From the NCBI GenBank assembly GCA_039184055.1, contig JBCDBH010000001.1:1-63389 (forward strand): a stretch of 63,389 nucleotides of DNA, in the 5' to 3' direction. This DNA comes from Acidobacteriota bacterium (GTDB lineage: Bacteria; Acidobacteriota; Thermoanaerobaculia; Multivoradales; J023). Shown piece by piece: positions 60,756-63,389 of this stretch (within the stretch, counting starts at the first letter, position 1; each line of letters starts with the position of its first letter). The translations under genes and the position numbers were made by a program. The notes beneath the pieces are model-generated. The model had not been told where the DNA came from, searched no databases, and saw nothing but the letters and a program-made list of their open reading frames with translations.

Positions 60756-61848
60756 GCTCGCGGTAGAGGGCTTCGTAGCGTTCGGTCATGCGGTCGACAT
60801 GAAAGTCGGCGAGAAAGCGTTCGCGTGCCGCGTCGCCCAGGCGGGCGCGGAGGCTGGCGTCGCTGGCGATACGGCCGATGGCGTTGGCGAGGGCGATGAC
60901 GTCTTGGCTCGGTACGAGCAGGCCTTCGCGGTCGTGACGGATGGCTTCGGGAATGCCGCCCACCGCCGTGGCGACGATCGGGCGGGCCGCCGCCATGGCT
61001 TCGAGCAGGGCGATCGGTAGGCCTTCGAAGAGCGAGCTGAAGGCGACGGCGTCGAGCACCGGGAGCAGATCGGGGACGTCGCTGCGTCTGCCGGCGAAGA
61101 CCACGCCGTCGTTGGCGCCGAGCTCGTCGACGGTTTTTTCGAGCCGGGTGCGTTCGTCGCCGTCGCCGATCAACACCAGCTGCAGATCGCAATGCACCCG
61201 TTCACGGGTGCGATGCACGGCTTCGATCAACAGGTGGTAGGCCTTGATGCCGACGATGCGACCGATGGCGCCGATCACCACGGCTCCCGGTCGCACGCCG
61301 AGTGAGGTGCGTCGGGTCGTGCGGGTCGCTTCGTCGAGCTCGACCGGCGCTGGAAAGTCGATGCCGTTGGCGATGGTCTGGATGTCGGCGGCGGCGTCGC
61401 CGACCGCGCGGCGATACGAGCCGTGGACAAAACCGGCACAGGCCACGGTGGCGTCGGCGCGCTGGAGCAAGAATGTGTAGCCGCGTCGTTGCCAGCCGGA
61501 ACGCGCTTCGGCGGCGCTGTGCAGGGTCATCATCATCGGCACGCCGAGCCCACGCGCCGCGAAGTAGGCGTGAAGCGAATCCCCGAAGAGATGACCGTGG
61601 ACGAGATCGATGTCGTCTTCACGCATCGCTCGCCGCAACGCCCGTACCCACAAGGGATCGAATTTGGGGATGCGCCGGGGCACGAGACGCACCGTGGCGC
61701 CCGCCGCTTCGATCGGCGGTTGCGAGATTCCCCCGTGACAGGAGTAGACGACGTGCTCGACGTCTGGGCTGGCGGCGCCGACGATTCCTTTGATCACCTG
61801 TTGCGCGCCACCGAGACCGAGCCCGTGGATGCTGTGGCCAATCTTCAT
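60712..61848 (-). CDS. Glycosyltransferase family 4 (GT-B)
   Basis: ATG 61848 (MKIGHSIHGLGLGGAQQ). E-x7-E region FEGLPIALLEAMAAARPIVATAVGGIPEAI. Confidence 0.85.
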   Translation of the reverse strand: MKIGHSIHGLGLGGAQQVIKGIVGAASPDVEHVVYSCHGGISQPPIEAAGATVRLVPRRIPKFDPLWVRALRRAMREDDIDLVHGHLFGDSLHAYFAARGLGVPMMMTLHSAAEARSGWQRRGYTFLLQRADATVACAGFVHGSYRRAVGDAAADIQTIANGIDFPAPVELDEATRTTRRTSLGVRPGAVVIGAIGRIVGIKAYHLLIEAVHRTRERVHCDLQLVLIGDGDERTRLEKTVDELGANDGVVFAGRRSDVPDLLPVLDAVAFSSLFEGLPIALLEAMAAARPIVATAVGGIPEAIRHDREGLLVPSQDVIALANAIGRIASDASLRARLGDAARERFLADFHVDRMTERYEALYRELTGSPRDAAPRTNR

Positions 61849-61975
61849 GGCAGGTCCGTGAAACCATCGCTCCCGAAAGTGCCCCCGAGGGGCCATGCTA
61901 TTCTGCGAAAGACGCCTTCATTGTAATGCTTTTCACGTCGACTCCATCCGTTCCTTCCGACTCCATCCTCGTGGT

Positions 61976-63389
61976 ATGACGATTTCCATCCAGCGTTTCT
62001 TGTCTGCACTTTCCAGAGTCTTCGCGGCCATTCCCGTGGCACTCGTCTCGGTCTTCTCTCTTTTCTTCGTCGGCTGTGGCGATTCGGTCGAGACACCGGT
62101 CGCCGAGATCGTGGAAGCGGCACCCTTGGTTGCGTTTGACGACGCCGTGGCCGGCTACCAACCGCGCGCCTGTGGCTTCGATCTCGACGATGACGGTGTG
62201 CGGGGCGGTGCGTCCGATTGCGCGATATGCGATGGCACCACCACCGATCCCGATGGGGACGGCGTCGACGAGGACCTGATCTACGTCGATTGCGCGGCGG
62301 GAACCGACACGCCCACCTGTGGCACCGCCGCCGAGCCGTGTGGCAGCCTGGCGCACGCCTGGACTGTGATCGCCGATGGCGCGGCCGACGGAGCCGAAGA
62401 CATCGTTTGTTTTCGTGGCACGTGCGATACCGAGAAGCTGACGCCGTTCGGCGGCGTGGCCGGTACCGCCAAGCATGACGGCTTTGCCTACCCTCGCGAT
62501 CCGGCGATGCTGGTCGGCTGGGATCACGATGGCGACGCGATCTATCCGCCGGCCGATGTCGACGATGTGGCGGTGCTCACGGGTTCGGGGGTCGCGTTGC
62601 TGCTCGACGCCCAGGACGACTACCTCGAGCTGGCTCATTTCACCGCGTCCGGCTATGGCCGCACCGAGGATCCGAAGGGCGACGCCGATCCGCGCGACAG
62701 CGGATTCCTACGCGTGCAGGGCGGTGGTGACGATCCCGGTGCGCTCGAGCATCTCTACGTTCACGACGTGGTGCTCGCCGAGATCAACCGCGGGCGTAAG
62801 AGCGACGCCCGGGTGGTGACGCTCGATCTGACCTCGGCGGTGCGACCGGTGTCGTGGGCGTTCGAGAATCTCGACGTGATCGACAACGGTGGCTGGTTCG
62901 TGCTCGGTGTCGGCCCCGATGCCGCGCCCGACGCCGGACCGCTGCGTTTCCGTCATCTCACCCGTACGACGCTCGGTTGCAACGTCGACGATTGCGCCAC
63001 CGGCGCCGCCTCGACCGCCTTCTTTCTTCGGGGCTACTTCACCGGTATCGACATTCTCGACTCGGTGTGGGACGCCAACGTCGGAGCGTGGCAGCCCAAG
63101 CCCACCGGTGGTCCACCGGGCGCGCGCTTCGTCGCCGCCGCGCCGTGTGCGCAGACCTGGCGGATCGAGCGTAACGAGGTGATCGACTACAAGAACGCGT
63201 TGGTGGTGCAGCCGTATATCGCCGGTCGCTGTGACGGCGCGGGGGCGCGTCCGGTCCACGGCGTCACCTTCGCCGACAACGTCGTACGCAACGGCTACGA
63301 GCCCTGGGCCTATGGTGACGTCCCGGTACGGATCGAGGCCGGTGGTGAGCTCGCGGGCGAGACGTTGGGTCTTGCCGACGCCGGGGACG
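61976..63389 (+). CDS. Lipoprotein of unknown function, 5'-complete and running off the right edge (not in the supplied ORF track)
   Basis: I translated it by hand from ATG 61976: MTISIQRFLSALSRVFAAIPVALVSVFSLFFVGCGDS... (signal plus lipobox), 471 codons with no stop up to the window end. It has a Cys-rich N-terminal part and a DPDGDGVDED Ca-binding-like motif. Two antisense track ORFs cover the same DNA. Confidence 0.7.
   Translation, partial: MTISIQRFLSALSRVFAAIPVALVSVFSLFFVGCGDSVETPVAEIVEAAPLVAFDDAVAGYQPRACGFDLDDDGVRGGASDCAICDGTTTDPDGDGVDEDLIYVDCAAGTDTPTCGTAAEPCGSLAHAWTVIADGAADGAEDIVCFRGTCDTEKLTPFGGVAGTAKHDGFAYPRDPAMLVGWDHDGDAIYPPADVDDVAVLTGSGVALLLDAQDDYLELAHFTASGYGRTEDPKGDADPRDSGFLRVQGGGDDPGALEHLYVHDVVLAEINRGRKSDARVVTLDLTSAVRPVSWAFENLDVIDNGGWFVLGVGPDAAPDAGPLRFRHLTRTTLGCNVDDCATGAASTAFFLRGYFTGIDILDSVWDANVGAWQPKPTGGPPGARFVAAAPCAQTWRIERNEVIDYKNALVVQPYIAGRCDGAGARPVHGVTFADNVVRNGYEPWAYGDVPVRIEAGGELAGETLGLADAGD

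Noticed and set aside
61898-63259. Two minus-strand track ORFs (61898-62638, 246 aa; 62708-63259, 183 aa).
   Set aside because: The plus strand carries an uninterrupted 471-codon frame from ATG 61976 to the window end, with a lipoprotein signal (VSVFSLFFVGC) and normal composition. The minus-strand ORFs are Arg/Gly/His-rich shadows of it.

Overview
A 63.4-kb, visibly GC-rich chromosomal segment (about two-thirds G+C by eye, not computed). All calls come from reading the supplied ORF translations and the DNA by hand. No BLAST or HMM search was run, so family names are motif-level recognitions.

I support about 52 CDS, one tRNA-Ala(CGC) with a sigma70-like promoter, a few hairpins or terminators and several short tandem or inverted repeats. 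I saw no rRNA, CRISPR array, integrase, transposase or reverse transcriptase. The gene content suggests a Myxococcota-like or other high-GC Gram-negative genome, with low confidence. That content includes many TAT or lipoprotein-exported enzymes, a DUF1501/DUF1800 pair, a receiver-Ser/Thr kinase, large TPR proteins, and gene junctions joined by 4-nt ATGA start/stop overlaps.

Most long ORFs opposite the called genes are antisense shadows typical of GC-rich DNA.

Candidates for something undescribed, in my order of preference:
1. 33850-38509: a translationally coupled triad of a receiver-like Ser/Thr kinase and two STAND-like P-loop ATPases, one of them membrane-anchored with a large unassigned N-terminal region.
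2. 28040-33595: a minus-strand operon of a metal ABC importer, an HDAC-family deacetylase fused to an unknown ~270-aa domain, and a large multi-pass membrane protein.
3. 11400-17947: a TAT-lipoprotein tyrosinase whose C-terminal domain recurs as a stand-alone lipoprotein two genes away, with a group II PLP decarboxylase nearby.
4. 17948-18340 and 21436-21758: repeat-bearing, highly structured non-coding regions flanking the DUF1501/DUF1800 pair.
5. 45.9-49.3 kb: a lower-GC islet carrying a DUF433/DUF5615 toxin-antitoxin pair. At 54.8-55.07 kb there is an AT-rich junction with a DUF4351 remnant, next to a glycan-biosynthesis cluster that runs off the right edge.
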